Positions 26,870 to 35,664 of a DNA stretch of 45,851 nucleotides are shown here, in pieces. The notes beneath the pieces were generated by a model, which was not told the DNA's origin, ran no database searches, and saw only the letters and a list, made by a program, of their open reading frames with translations. The translations under genes and the position numbers were made by a program. Every line of letters starts with the position of its first letter. Position 1 is the stretch's first letter. Source of the DNA: a virus (Duplodnaviria > Caudoviricetes); IMG/VR virus record IMGVR_UViG_3300005980_000004, positions 1 through 45,851 of that record. The stretch is one strand, 5' to 3'.

Positions 26870-28419
26870 GCTGCCACCCCTTTAGCTGCGGAAGGTTCGC
26901 TACGGAAGAACGCGCCGCCGACACAATGGACGAGGGTGCGCTTGCCGTTGAGATAGGTAATTTCGTGGGTGTGGGTCCATCCGCTCGGACTATCGACGTT
27001 GTAGCCCATGTTCATCTTCGAGCTGGTGCCGACCGAGTGCGCGCCGTCGACGATCTCAGCGCCGTGGCTGTGACCCTTGGTGACCTTGGCGCCGATGCTG
27101 GCAAAGCCGCGGGTAGATCCGCGGGCCCCATTAGGCCCTTTGTGTCCGTGCCAGCCGAACTCGATACCGTGACGAGTGAAGGAATCGCCAGGCTTGAGCC
27201 ATTGCAGGCGCTCGGCGGAGACCATCAGCTTGTCCATCCAGTACTTGAACGGATCGCAGTAGCTGCCATCGTGGATCGACTGAAGCATGGCGGCCTTGGT
27301 CTCGTGGTAGACCAGCGCATTTTCTAGGTCGTGTGCGTGCTCAGACTTCTCCAGCCACTGCCCGAAGTGCTCGTTATGGTTCGAGCCGACGATGATGGTC
27401 TTTCCGGCGAACGACGAAAGCAGATCGACGTGCTTGGCTGTAGTGGTCAGCTCGCGCAGCACGCTTGATGTTCCGGTGACGTGGCGGCGGAACTTCTCGA
27501 AGTACTTGGCATGGTGGCTGGCCGATCCAAAGTTCAGCACGTCATGGAGCACAAGGAAGCGAGGGCGCACACGCTGCGAAAGCGCCTTAGTGGCCTGCGT
27601 AACTTGCGGATCAGCCATCTCAGCATGGACGTCACCCATCGTCAGGACTTCGACCTCTGGCGCGTACTCAGCACCCTTGACGGTGTATTTCGTGTCGAGG
27701 TCGTAGAAGCTTCCGTCCTTGAGCGGGCAAATGTGGCGAATGTGGTTGTTGTTGCCGTCCACCTCGACCACTACGGCGCCCATGGTGTGGTGGAAGCAGC
27801 CCTTCGCACCGGCGTTGGTGTCGCTGTACTGCTCGACAGTGCACGCGCCGGTAGTCATGACCAGCTTGGCCTGGTCGCCAACCTTCGTGGCCACCGGTTT
27901 CAGCGCGATCTTGGTGTGCCCAAGGATGGCCGAGGCGGTACCGCTCACTGTCAGCCAGCCCTGGAGCGGATTGGCAGCCGTGGGCTGGACCTTGATGTCA
28001 GCCAGCACCACCAGGCCTTTGGCGATCTTGGTGCGCTCGTGGATGATGTACGGCACCAGGCGCGAATCCCACCACTCGTCGTTGCCACCCTCTTCCCGGC
28101 TGGTCGGGTTCTTGTACCGCATCGGGATCACGATCAGCTTGGCGCCGTTGACCGAGCAGTAGAGCTGCAGGGTTTTCAGGAATGCTGAGTGGGCCTTGGT
28201 CGCGTTGACCGCCGCGGTGATGACATAGCATTGGGCGCTGACAGACTCAACGGTGCGGACTTCGGAGGCCGTTGGCGCTACGAGCCCTGCGCAGGCCATG
28301 CGGGCTTTGCGCTTGGACAGAGTTCTCGCATGCAGGCCCAGGTGCTTTGCAGCCTGGGAGTGAGACATGGTCTCAAGCGCTTCGATGATCTGCTCGTCGG
28401 TGACTTTCTGTTCGGTCAT
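26866..28419 (-). CDS. T5 A1-like metallophosphoesterase/nuclease with N-terminal HTH
   Basis: GDVHAE, HDV, SNH, HGHKGPNGARG, GHSH and MGYN...W..TH.ITY.NG.RTL motifs, colinear with T5 gpA1 as recalled. Confidence 0.75.
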   Translation of the reverse strand: MTEQKVTDEQIIEALETMSHSQAAKHLGLHARTLSKRKARMACAGLVAPTASEVRTVESVSAQCYVITAAVNATKAHSAFLKTLQLYCSVNGAKLIVIPMRYKNPTSREEGGNDEWWDSRLVPYIIHERTKIAKGLVVLADIKVQPTAANPLQGWLTVSGTASAILGHTKIALKPVATKVGDQAKLVMTTGACTVEQYSDTNAGAKGCFHHTMGAVVVEVDGNNNHIRHICPLKDGSFYDLDTKYTVKGAEYAPEVEVLTMGDVHAEMADPQVTQATKALSQRVRPRFLVLHDVLNFGSASHHAKYFEKFRRHVTGTSSVLRELTTTAKHVDLLSSFAGKTIIVGSNHNEHFGQWLEKSEHAHDLENALVYHETKAAMLQSIHDGSYCDPFKYWMDKLMVSAERLQWLKPGDSFTRHGIEFGWHGHKGPNGARGSTRGFASIGAKVTKGHSHGAEIVDGAHSVGTSSKMNMGYNVDSPSGWTHTHEITYLNGKRTLVHCVGGAFFRSEPSAAKGVAA

Positions 28420-28694
28420 TGCGCGTCTCCGGCGAGGGCTTCGGCTTTCAGGGCTGCGTATGCGACACAGTCTTCGGCAGAATCGGCGTGGTAGGTCGGG
28501 TTCTGCCACTGGCGCACGTCTTTCAGGATCTGGAGTAGTAGCCACCCTTCGGCCTCGGTCAGGGCCTGCCCGGTGATGGTGTTGAAGGCAGACACAGCGG
28601 TGCCCATGCTGCGCTCGCCTTCCGGCTTGTCGTACTGCTGGCCACGCTCCAGCATGAGGGCCTGGGCCTTACCAAGAAATTCGTGCGCCTTCAT
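28416..28694 (-). CDS. DUF6378 / T7 gp1.7-like nucleotide-metabolism protein
   Basis: ERG.QYD...ERS, LK..R and DS..D.VAY.AL motifs. Confidence 0.65.
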   Translation of the reverse strand: MKAHEFLGKAQALMLERGQQYDKPEGERSMGTAVSAFNTITGQALTEAEGWLLLQILKDVRQWQNPTYHADSAEDCVAYAALKAEALAGDAQ

Positions 28695-29305
28695 GCTGTT
28701 ACTCCTGTTTCCGAGAAACGAGTGCGCAATGCCATTGCAATGCGCGGATCAACCTGCATATCGGCATAGGCAAGAGCAAGTTCGTGTTTTCTCGCTCGCC
28801 ACGCCTCATGGGCCTCATTGGGGTCGGCGAAAACGCCGAGGTATTCGCTCTTCCCGGTAAATGGGTTCTTGCACTGAGACTGGAATTTTCCAGTGCTCTT
28901 GCTCCAGCAAACCCCGATCGGCCATTCACCACGAGCCGCTCCACCGTCCAACATGAAGCTGTTGATCTGAGCAGAAACGAGCACACACGTTTCAGGGCTG
29001 TACACCTTGTTGCCAGGAGTGATGATGTCTTTGTCAAGCTGCTTGCCTTCCCAGTCTTGCGTTAGCATCCAGCCACGAAAAGCCGAAAATGAGTGCCATT
29101 CGGGCGAAACGGTGCATCGCATGTAGGTAGGATATTTGGCCTTAAGCTTCGGTGAATGGCAGCGCCTCAACATGCTCTTCCATGCCTGATAGATTGGGCA
29201 CCGCCATGTAGTACTCTGCCGGCCATCTATAGAGATCCAAGTCGATACCGGATAATCGGCATCATTGACCCCAACACCCTGGACTAGCCCCCTACTTGAT
29301 TTCAT
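28691..29305 (-). CDS. HNH-related homing endonuclease with AP2-like C-terminus
   Basis: GVGVND, W.SMLRRC, EWHSFSAF, LDKD...GNKVYSPETC and YLG.F....EAH motifs. Confidence 0.75.
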   Translation of the reverse strand: MKSSRGLVQGVGVNDADYPVSTWISIDGRQSTTWRCPIYQAWKSMLRRCHSPKLKAKYPTYMRCTVSPEWHSFSAFRGWMLTQDWEGKQLDKDIITPGNKVYSPETCVLVSAQINSFMLDGGAARGEWPIGVCWSKSTGKFQSQCKNPFTGKSEYLGVFADPNEAHEAWRARKHELALAYADMQVDPRIAMALRTRFSETGVTA

Positions 29306-29496
29306 GCGGCCACCTTCTGGTTGTTCGAATGTTCAACACATGCCGCCTTGGCCTTGTCCAGATCCTTGCCCGAGTGCAGGATTTTCCCTTTCGGGCAGCG
29401 ACACACGTAGGCGTGGCCGACCTCCAGGGCGTACTTGCTGATCAGGTAGTGCTGTTCGGATGAGATGCAGTGTTTGCTGACTGGCTTCCAGTTCAT
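29302..29496 (-). CDS. Small hypothetical protein
   Basis: 64 aa (MNWKPVSK...); ATGA overlaps. Confidence 0.6.
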   Translation of the reverse strand: MNWKPVSKHCISSEQHYLISKYALEVGHAYVCRCPKGKILHSGKDLDKAKAACVEHSNNQKVAA

Positions 29497-29585
29497 GGCC
29501 GAGCCCTCCACCAGTTGATGACGTGGCCTTCCAGGAAGAACCAGGAGATGCAGAACAGGGTGGTTACTGTGCAGGTGATGGTCAT
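29493..29585 (-). CDS. 30-aa hydrophobic peptide (not in ORF track)
   Basis: MTITCTVTTLFCISWFFLEGHVINWWRARP; GAGG RBS and ATGA coupling at both ends. Confidence 0.5.
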   Translation of the reverse strand: MTITCTVTTLFCISWFFLEGHVINWWRARP

Positions 29586-29758
29586 GAGCGATCACCTCGC
29601 AGTCGATCCAACAGCTTCAGCTTCGCTGAGGCTTCGCGCTCGGCGTTCAGCTCAGGAATAAGCCGGCTGAACGCACGGTGATACCCGAAGGCATAACCAA
29701 GCTGCGTGCCGGCAGCCCATGCAGTTAGGATGATAAAAATCAATCCAGCTTCGCTCAT
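29582..29758 (-). CDS. 58-aa membrane-anchored protein (not in ORF track)
   Basis: MSEAGLIFIILTAWAAGTQLGYAFGY...; ATGA coupling at both ends. Confidence 0.55.
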   Translation of the reverse strand: MSEAGLIFIILTAWAAGTQLGYAFGYHRAFSRLIPELNAEREASAKLKLLDRLRGDRS

Positions 29759-30396
29759 GCTGCAGCCCTCTTCAGTTCTCTGGTCTTTGCCCGGTACTCG
29801 GCAGTGATGGCCTTCAGTTGCTCTATGGTTTCCTTGCGCGGCGTGTGGTCGGCCTCAAGCGCCTCGACAGCCTCCAGGCCGATGCGAACGACCAGCCCTG
29901 CCCGGAAGCCCTGGGAAACGGTGTATCCCTTGCGAGCGTGCATGTAGGAGCCGGAGTTACATGCCTTGCATTGGAGCCATATGTTGGTTGGCTCAAGGCG
30001 CAGCTCTGGGCGGGCTCCCTTGCCCATGAAGTGGCCACCATCAAATGCTCCGCCGACTTTCCAGCCCTGGGCGGCGAGAATCGATTCCTGCGACTCGCCG
30101 CAACTAATGCAGCCGCTGCCGATGCTCAGCTCGTAGGTTCGGCGGTAGTCGCGCACGGCCTTCTCGGCATCCTTGAGGTGGTCGCCGCGACTTTTCAGGG
30201 CCTCCTTTCGAACCTTGATGTCGGCGCGGCCAACCTGGTCCAGCGACTTGCGCGCCTTCTCCTGGTGGACGTCCTTGATGGCCAGGCCGCACTTCGGACT
30301 GCACACAGCCTGCCCCAGGCGCTGCGGGACGAATGAGGCCCTGCAATCTGGGTTCTTGCAGGTCTTTGGGCGGGGCTGCTTGGCTGGGAGGCTCAT
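29755..30396 (-). CDS. ninG: NinG/Rap recombination endonuclease
   Basis: N-terminal Cys cluster, CISCG, DGGH, N...QC..CN motifs. Confidence 0.9.
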   Translation of the reverse strand: MSLPAKQPRPKTCKNPDCRASFVPQRLGQAVCSPKCGLAIKDVHQEKARKSLDQVGRADIKVRKEALKSRGDHLKDAEKAVRDYRRTYELSIGSGCISCGESQESILAAQGWKVGGAFDGGHFMGKGARPELRLEPTNIWLQCKACNSGSYMHARKGYTVSQGFRAGLVVRIGLEAVEALEADHTPRKETIEQLKAITAEYRAKTRELKRAAA

Positions 30397-30599
30397 TGGT
30401 ACACGCTCCCAGGCTGGCCGGGTTCATTGCTGTCCGTGCATGCCAGATCATGGTCGCTTGCCTTGGGGCAGCGCTTGCAGCCACACGCAGGGCACAGGAT
30501 CATTTTCGTGGATGACAACGGCAGCCAGCCAAACGGACCTTTGGTGCCCAGCTTGCGCTCAGCGATACAGCGGTGGCATTCGCAGTTGATCGGGCTCAT
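30393..30599 (-). CDS. Small Cys-rich protein
   Basis: CECHRC and CPACGCKRCPKASDH motifs. Confidence 0.7.
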   Translation of the reverse strand: MSPINCECHRCIAERKLGTKGPFGWLPLSSTKMILCPACGCKRCPKASDHDLACTDSNEPGQPGSVYQ

Positions 30600-31066
30600 G
30601 CGGCCTCCTTGCTCAGCAGGTCAGTGAACACAACGCCCTGGCCGGTGAAGTACGTGGCCATGCGGTCGGTGTACTGGACGCCCTGGGCGCGATTGAACAG
30701 GCTGGTCACCGGGAAGCCGTCCGGGCCGAACAAGTGGCACTCCCCCATCATGGCCAGCTTGGTCTCGTAGGGCAGATGGCGCATGACCCGGTACCACTCG
30801 GCCTGGAAGCCGGCGTCCTCGTTCAGCAGGATCTGCACACCGAAGTGCAGCTTGCAGTACCGGCGGGCGTCGGCCGCGTCGCCGATCTGGGTCATCTCTG
30901 AAACCCGCTTGTACATCGCGAACCACAGGGCGTTCTGGTCGAGCGTGCGGTCCTTGCCCGGACGTAGGGAGACCACCACGAACTTCTTGTCCCGGTACAT
31001 GGTGGTCAGGCAGGTGATGGCTTCGGAGAGCTTGGCCTGGCAGTTGACGGAGATTTTTTCACTCAT
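30596..31066 (-). CDS. NinB-like protein
   Basis: RTLDQNALW motif; nin-region position. Confidence 0.6.
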   Translation of the reverse strand: MSEKISVNCQAKLSEAITCLTTMYRDKKFVVVSLRPGKDRTLDQNALWFAMYKRVSEMTQIGDAADARRYCKLHFGVQILLNEDAGFQAEWYRVMRHLPYETKLAMMGECHLFGPDGFPVTSLFNRAQGVQYTDRMATYFTGQGVVFTDLLSKEAA

Positions 31067-31596
31067 CAAACAGCCCTCCCGTGGTTTACATGGAAGCCGC
31101 GATAGAATTCTGCTGACTTCCTCGCGCATACCGCCTCAAAAAAGTCTTTGTAGTGGCCGAGGTAGACATTCGCGCAGACGCTTCTGTCGTCAGACCCAAT
31201 GGTTACCTCCCAGCGATTCCTTCGAGTCAACCAGTAAACACCCATCACTCCGCTTTTGTTGGTTGCGCGGCGCCTTTGGTTGCGGCTGCTTTCTGTGCGA
31301 TCCGCGCGCCGCAGGTTGACGAACCGGTTGTCTTGACGGTCTCCATTGATATGGTCAACGTCCGCTTCCGGCAACGAACCATCGACCAGCAGGAATGCAA
31401 GCCGATGTGCCAGGTAATAAGTCCCTTCTAAGCCAATCTGCACATATCCTTTCCCATTGACGTATCCGGCTTTTTTACCAATCAAATCCACGCGGGGCCC
31501 GCGGCAGGTTTTCCATCGAAAATCGCCAGTATCAGGATCGTAATCAAGATGCGTACTGACAAACGCCCTGTCGATAATCTTCACTGATCTGGTCAT
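31066..31596 (-). CDS. HNH homing endonuclease
   Basis: YDPDTG.F.W, AHRLA and VDHINGDRQDNRFVNLR motifs. Confidence 0.9.
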   Translation of the reverse strand: MTRSVKIIDRAFVSTHLDYDPDTGDFRWKTCRGPRVDLIGKKAGYVNGKGYVQIGLEGTYYLAHRLAFLLVDGSLPEADVDHINGDRQDNRFVNLRRADRTESSRNQRRRATNKSGVMGVYWLTRRNRWEVTIGSDDRSVCANVYLGHYKDFFEAVCARKSAEFYRGFHVNHGRAV

Positions 31597-32186
31597 GACT
31601 GCTCTCCCTGGCCCAGGGCGGCCAACTTGCGGCGGATGCGCGCCGTCGGACCTTCGGGGCTTGGCCCAACGAACTCTTCGGTAGTTGGCGGCACTGGCTC
31701 GCCGGCGAGAATTTTCAATCGGCGAATCTCGGCGCACAGCTCATGGTGAGACCGGACCAGCTCTAGCGTTCCCCGCCCATGGCAGAAGCTCAGCAAGCGA
31801 TAGGATTCGGCATCCTTGCGCAGCGCCTCAACCTCAAACACCAGCCCGGTCAGCGCCTCAATCGCGGCTTTGTCCCCGAAGTAGATGTGCTCTCCACCCT
31901 CTTCGCCGTAGCTGCAGTAGGTTTCGGTTTTGGCCTTGAGCGCCTCGTTCTCGGCCTTGATCTGGTCGCGCTCGGCGATCAGGGCCAGGACTGCGGCAGG
32001 ATTTGCGGCAGCGATGAACTTCAGCGCCGCGTAATACGCCTCGTCCTCCACGTCATGCCCGGCATCGGCATCCAACATATGCCGTGTGTAACCGTCGTCC
32101 TTAAAATACAGGGAATCGTTTTCGGCGATCCACGGACCGCTCGGCGCAGCGTCGGCCAGCCGCTTCAGTTCGGTGTAGTCGTTCAT
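31593..32186 (-). CDS. Ead/Ea22-like protein
   Basis: LKRLA.AA..GPW and FIAAANPAAVLALIAE motifs. Confidence 0.75.
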   Translation of the reverse strand: MNDYTELKRLADAAPSGPWIAENDSLYFKDDGYTRHMLDADAGHDVEDEAYYAALKFIAAANPAAVLALIAERDQIKAENEALKAKTETYCSYGEEGGEHIYFGDKAAIEALTGLVFEVEALRKDAESYRLLSFCHGRGTLELVRSHHELCAEIRRLKILAGEPVPPTTEEFVGPSPEGPTARIRRKLAALGQGEQS

Positions 32187-32401
32187 GCTCTGCGAACTCC
32201 CTTCTTAGCCAGCGCCTCACGCTCAGCGCAAGGCGTGCACAGCGTCACGCCCTTCACAGCCACACGACGGCCTTCCGGGATCTCTTCACCGCACTCCACA
32301 CACTCTGTGGCGCTTATTCCGGTGTAGCGAGGGATCTGGGATAGGGACCGATTCAGGGCCTCTTCGATTACTACGTCGGCGTCATCGCAGATGTCGCTCA
32401 T
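32183..32401 (-). CDS. TraR/DksA C4-type zinc-finger protein
   Basis: N-terminal DxxDxA (DICDDA), CVECGEEIPEGRR and CTPC. Confidence 0.9.
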   Translation of the reverse strand: MSDICDDADVVIEEALNRSLSQIPRYTGISATECVECGEEIPEGRRVAVKGVTLCTPCAEREALAKKGVRRA

Positions 32402-33174
32402 GTCCGTTGCTCCAATTCCTGGGCTTGCTTGATCAGTAGTGCGCGGCGATCCGCCAATTCGTTGGCTGCTTCAATCCGCATTTCGAGCTTCCGTTCTTCG
32501 CTGGACTTGCGCATTTCCAGCATCGAGTTCTTCACGATCTCGAGCTTTGCGCGCAGCACAGGCTTTGGCTGGGTGACGGTGCCAGTGAGCAATCCAGCAA
32601 TGGCGCGACCGTCTTCGGTGACTGGCTCGATACTCAGGTCCGCCAGGTATTTCTGGCCGTGTTCGCGCGGGATTCGCTTCAGCTCCATAGCCTTGGTGAC
32701 GGCTTGAATACGACGGCTCGCGTCAAAGCCGACAGAGACGTGCCAGTTCACAGGCTTGGCATCCTCTCGGGATTTGCCGACAAACCGCTCATACGCGCTG
32801 ATGAAGGCCATCCTGGCGCCAATCTTGTCCCCGGCATCGAGCACAGGTTTCGCAGCGGCCAGGGCCAACTGAATTTCGTCGGTCAGCACCACGGTCTCGA
32901 ACTCATCGTTCGTGGTCATGGCGATGGCCCACGCTTCGTCCTTGCCTGGACGGCCGTCGGCGGCCTGGACGCGCTGAAGGATTGAGGCCAGGGTCAGCTT
33001 TCCGGTGACTTCGCGGCGACAGGCCCAGAGGGCGTTGGCGATCACGCCCATTGGATGTTCTGCCAGGTCTTCAGCCATCAGCTTGGCGGCTGGAGCGCTC
33101 AGCGTTTGCCCAAGGGTTTCAGCAGTGGCGCAGATGGCCATGCTCAGCTCAGCGGTTTCGGCGTAGGAAAGCAT
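32398..33174 (-). CDS. Replication-associated protein in the lambda P slot
   Basis: Follows the initiator; DGRPG.DEAW and ARMAF..AY motifs. Confidence 0.6.
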   Translation of the reverse strand: MLSYAETAELSMAICATAETLGQTLSAPAAKLMAEDLAEHPMGVIANALWACRREVTGKLTLASILQRVQAADGRPGKDEAWAIAMTTNDEFETVVLTDEIQLALAAAKPVLDAGDKIGARMAFISAYERFVGKSREDAKPVNWHVSVGFDASRRIQAVTKAMELKRIPREHGQKYLADLSIEPVTEDGRAIAGLLTGTVTQPKPVLRAKLEIVKNSMLEMRKSSEERKLEMRIEAANELADRRALLIKQAQELEQRT

Positions 33175-34129
33175 TGCTGTTCCCTCCTTCCAAAATGCTG
33201 CGACTGGCTTCTTGGGCGGCGTTGATGTTCGCTTGGGTCTTTTCCTGCTGGCGGGCGGTCTCACCGTTGGTTTGGGTGTTGGTCTTCCACTGGGTGTGAT
33301 AACCCTCAGCATTGGCGAGCAGTTCGCTGAGGCTGTGGCATTTGCGGATCAACATGGCATCGTTGATCCCGAGGTAGTAAGCCGCGACGCTGTGGGAGAC
33401 TTCGATACCCAGGCGGCCGATCAGCAAACCAATCTGTCCGGCAACCTTCGCATTCCACACCGGCCACGCCTTGTAGCGGCGGCGGTAGGACACGGCGTAG
33501 TTCGCCCAGGTCTTGAAGGTTTTGCAGTCAGGGTCTTTAGGGCCTGGCATATCAGAAGGTATTTCAACGCGCGGAGCGTCAGGGCGATCAATAACCAAAA
33601 CCAGTTCGCCGGTGCGGATCGGCGAAGCCGGGACCACCTGCAAATTCTGATTATTGGTTTCCTGATTGGTACCTTGATTATTGGTACCTTGATTTGTCGG
33701 AGATTTATCCGAGGTAAGCTCGGATTTTTTTCCGACCTTGCTCGGAGATTTATCCGAGGTACCACGGATTTTTTTCCGACCCCCTTCAGGGTTGCTCGGA
33801 TAATTTTCCGACCCATCATGTTTGCGGTTCCACTCCTTGCCTTTGTCGGTAAGGCGTATCAAGGTGATCTTGCTGGTACTCGACATCTGTACCAGCCCAG
33901 CGTCTTCCAATGCCTTCAGCATGCGGTAAGCGGTATCAGGCTTACCCGACAGCAAAGGAAGCTCGCAAACGATCTTTGCCTTGCTTAGCGCGAAGAAGAC
34001 CCCGTCATCTGTCTTGACCGGATTTGCCCAGCTCGGGCACTCATAGACGAATGCAAAAAGCATCGCCTGCTGAGAGTTCAAGCCCCACTCAAGGGACTTA
34101 AACTGGTTGATGGTGATGGTGTATTGCAT
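33149..34129 (-). CDS. Replication initiator (O-like)
   Basis: N-terminal winged-HTH-like region; internal iteron array. Confidence 0.8.
   Translation of the reverse strand: MQYTITINQFKSLEWGLNSQQAMLFAFVYECPSWANPVKTDDGVFFALSKAKIVCELPLLSGKPDTAYRMLKALEDAGLVQMSSTSKITLIRLTDKGKEWNRKHDGSENYPSNPEGGRKKIRGTSDKSPSKVGKKSELTSDKSPTNQGTNNQGTNQETNNQNLQVVPASPIRTGELVLVIDRPDAPRVEIPSDMPGPKDPDCKTFKTWANYAVSYRRRYKAWPVWNAKVAGQIGLLIGRLGIEVSHSVAAYYLGINDAMLIRKCHSLSELLANAEGYHTQWKTNTQTNGETARQQEKTQANINAAQEASRSILEGGNSNAFLRRNR
33648..33811. repeat. Replication origin: five iterons plus AT-rich repeats
   Basis: CGGA-N6-TCCGA at 33698, 33721, 33743, 33765 and 33797; adjacent ATTGGT repeats. Confidence 0.8.
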
Positions 34130-34130
34130 A

Positions 34131-34745
34131 TCAGGCCACCGCAGCGCAGGAGTAACCGCGGCGCTGACTATCAGTCGCTCCGTGATTTGGGTGAAAGCCA
34201 TAGATGGCTTCGGCGTCTTTACGGGCAGCTACGGCTGAATCGAAATTTTGAAACCGACCTACACAGATGTACTTGCCGTCAATTTTGATTCGAACACGCC
34301 ATTTGCCATTTTCAAGGCGGACGCCAGGAACGCCGGATGAGTTGTCTTTTCGGATATGCTGATTACGCTGATTGCCTTGTACCGTTACATCGCGCAGATT
34401 CTCGATACGGTTGTCATCACGAATACCATTGATGTGGTCAATCTGGCCTTTTGGCCATTCGCCATAGGTAATCAGCCAAATAACTCTATGGACTCGGAAC
34501 AAAACGTTGTTGATTTTTACCCGCAGATAACCGTCCATGTTTGGTGAGCCGGCGATCATTCCTGGCATCGCCCTGGCGCCTCGCCGAACTAGATTCACGA
34601 GCTTTCCGTCAACAACCCTGAAAAGCCTTCTGGCCTCAGTAGCTGAAAGTAAAATCTCTATATTTCCAGGCGCTACGTTTTTTGATTGCGAAAAACGTGG
34701 CGCGGGATTATTCAGGGCCTGTACATCGAGATTAGAGGTGTGCAT
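34131..34745 (-). CDS. HNH homing endonuclease with AP2-like domain
   Basis: VHRVIW, IDHINGIRDDNRIENLR and NSSGVPGV motifs. Confidence 0.9.
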   Translation of the reverse strand: MHTSNLDVQALNNPAPRFSQSKNVAPGNIEILLSATEARRLFRVVDGKLVNLVRRGARAMPGMIAGSPNMDGYLRVKINNVLFRVHRVIWLITYGEWPKGQIDHINGIRDDNRIENLRDVTVQGNQRNQHIRKDNSSGVPGVRLENGKWRVRIKIDGKYICVGRFQNFDSAVAARKDAEAIYGFHPNHGATDSQRRGYSCAAVA

Positions 34746-34784
34746 AATCGGCTCCAGATTGAAACGATTTTTGCAAGCGCTGTG

Positions 34785-34814
34785 AAAGAGCCGGGATTGC
34801 GCCCCGGCTTTTTT
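34785..34814. terminator. tR1-like bidirectional terminator
   Basis: AAAGAGCCGGG-ATTGCGC-CCCGGCTTTTTT. Confidence 0.65.
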
Positions 34815-34831
34815 GTGCCTGCGATTTGGGT

Positions 34832-35077
34832 TTATGGGTTGGGGTCTTCATCAGTCCCTCCTTTTTCAGGCCCTATTCCGGCCTTCGGCGGGTCACGCCT
34901 TGTTGTTGGTAGATGCCGGATCTTTCCAGCCCCTTTTGGCCTGGTCTTCTCGAAAAAGCGTTCTGCTCCAAGCTTTGCGGCGTACTCGTCAGGGGTCATC
35001 CCTGCCGCTGCTGCCAACCGTTCAAGCTTTTCGTAGAGGCGCCCATCGATCCCATGGCAGATCGTGGTTTCAGGCAC
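34832..35077 (-). CDS. Putative ribbon-helix-helix regulator
   Basis: GTG start with AGGAGG RBS; ID.RLYEKLERLA...GMT..EY pattern. Confidence 0.6.
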   Translation of the reverse strand: MPETTICHGIDGRLYEKLERLAAAAGMTPDEYAAKLGAERFFEKTRPKGAGKIRHLPTTRRDPPKAGIGPEKGGTDEDPNP

Positions 35078-35096
35078 GTAGCCTCCTTAAGGGCCT

Positions 35097-35291
35097 TCAG
35101 GCCTGCATGTGTTTCCCGTTAACATCCAGTTCAACGATGCTTTCCAGCTTTTCCTCGACGCACATGCGAACGAAGACCGCGAGCTGGAGCTTGTGCAGGC
35201 GCGCAACGGCCTTCAGCGCTTCGTAGGTTTCGTCGTCATAGCGGGACTTGATCTCCCGGTCTTTCAGGTGACGCGTGTCGTGATATGCCAT
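35097..35291 (-). CDS. Putative ribbon-helix-helix regulator (cII slot)
   Basis: IKSRYDDETYEAL..VAR....QLAVFVR pattern; AGGAG RBS. Confidence 0.65.
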   Translation of the reverse strand: MAYHDTRHLKDREIKSRYDDETYEALKAVARLHKLQLAVFVRMCVEEKLESIVELDVNGKHMQA

Positions 35292-35326
35292 TGGTGAGGC
35301 TCCTTTAGTGGATGCATGCAAGGTGG

Positions 35327-35554
35327 TTAAGCCGCCGAACAGGCCGGGATATTCAGTGGCGGGAAAACGTCATCCAGGGTCACGGCGGCGCCGCTGGCAT
35401 TGAGGGCGTCGACAATGCGTCGGCACTCTTCAAGGCCTGGCTTGCGGCGGTCGTTCTCGTAATGAGCGATAGCGCCTTGGGTCAGGCCTACCGTTTTGGC
35501 CAGTGCGGCCTGGGTGACGCCGACCTTTTCGCGAATCGTCTTCATGTTGGACAT
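35327..35554 (-). CDS. cro: Cro-like HTH repressor
   Basis: GVTQAALA..VGLTQGAIAHYE..RR.P HTH; divergent from cI. Confidence 0.9.
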   Translation of the reverse strand: MSNMKTIREKVGVTQAALAKTVGLTQGAIAHYENDRRKPGLEECRRIVDALNASGAAVTLDDVFPPLNIPACSAA

Positions 35555-35580
35555 AGGGCTTTCTCCGTATTCTTGTGGAG

Positions 35581-35609
35581 ATATTACTTTCTGTAATTTT
35601 ATTGCGCAA
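35581..35609 (-). promoter_or_regulatory. pR promoter
   Basis: TTGCGC-N17-TAATAT overlapping an operator. Confidence 0.75.
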
Positions 35610-35655
35610 GCGGCATTACGCACTGTGACTGGTGCGGACATATACAGGGCGTAAT
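35583..35655. promoter_or_regulatory. OR operators (three copies of ATTAC-N5-GTAAT)
   Basis: ATTACtttctGTAAT (35583), ATTACgcactGTGAC (35615), TATACagggcGTAAT (35641). Confidence 0.7.
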
Positions 35656-35664
35656 GATGTGCAG

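Noticed and set aside
33698-33811. CRISPR-like array
   Set aside because: Units are 15 bp with 7-17 bp gaps inside a coding gene and no cas genes are present; they fit iterons.
111-34000. Long plus-strand ORFs such as 111-869, 3228-4169, 6938-7825, 17865-19190, 19606-20712 and 21862-23157
   Set aside because: Antisense shadows of well-supported minus-strand genes in GC-rich DNA, with no recognisable motifs.
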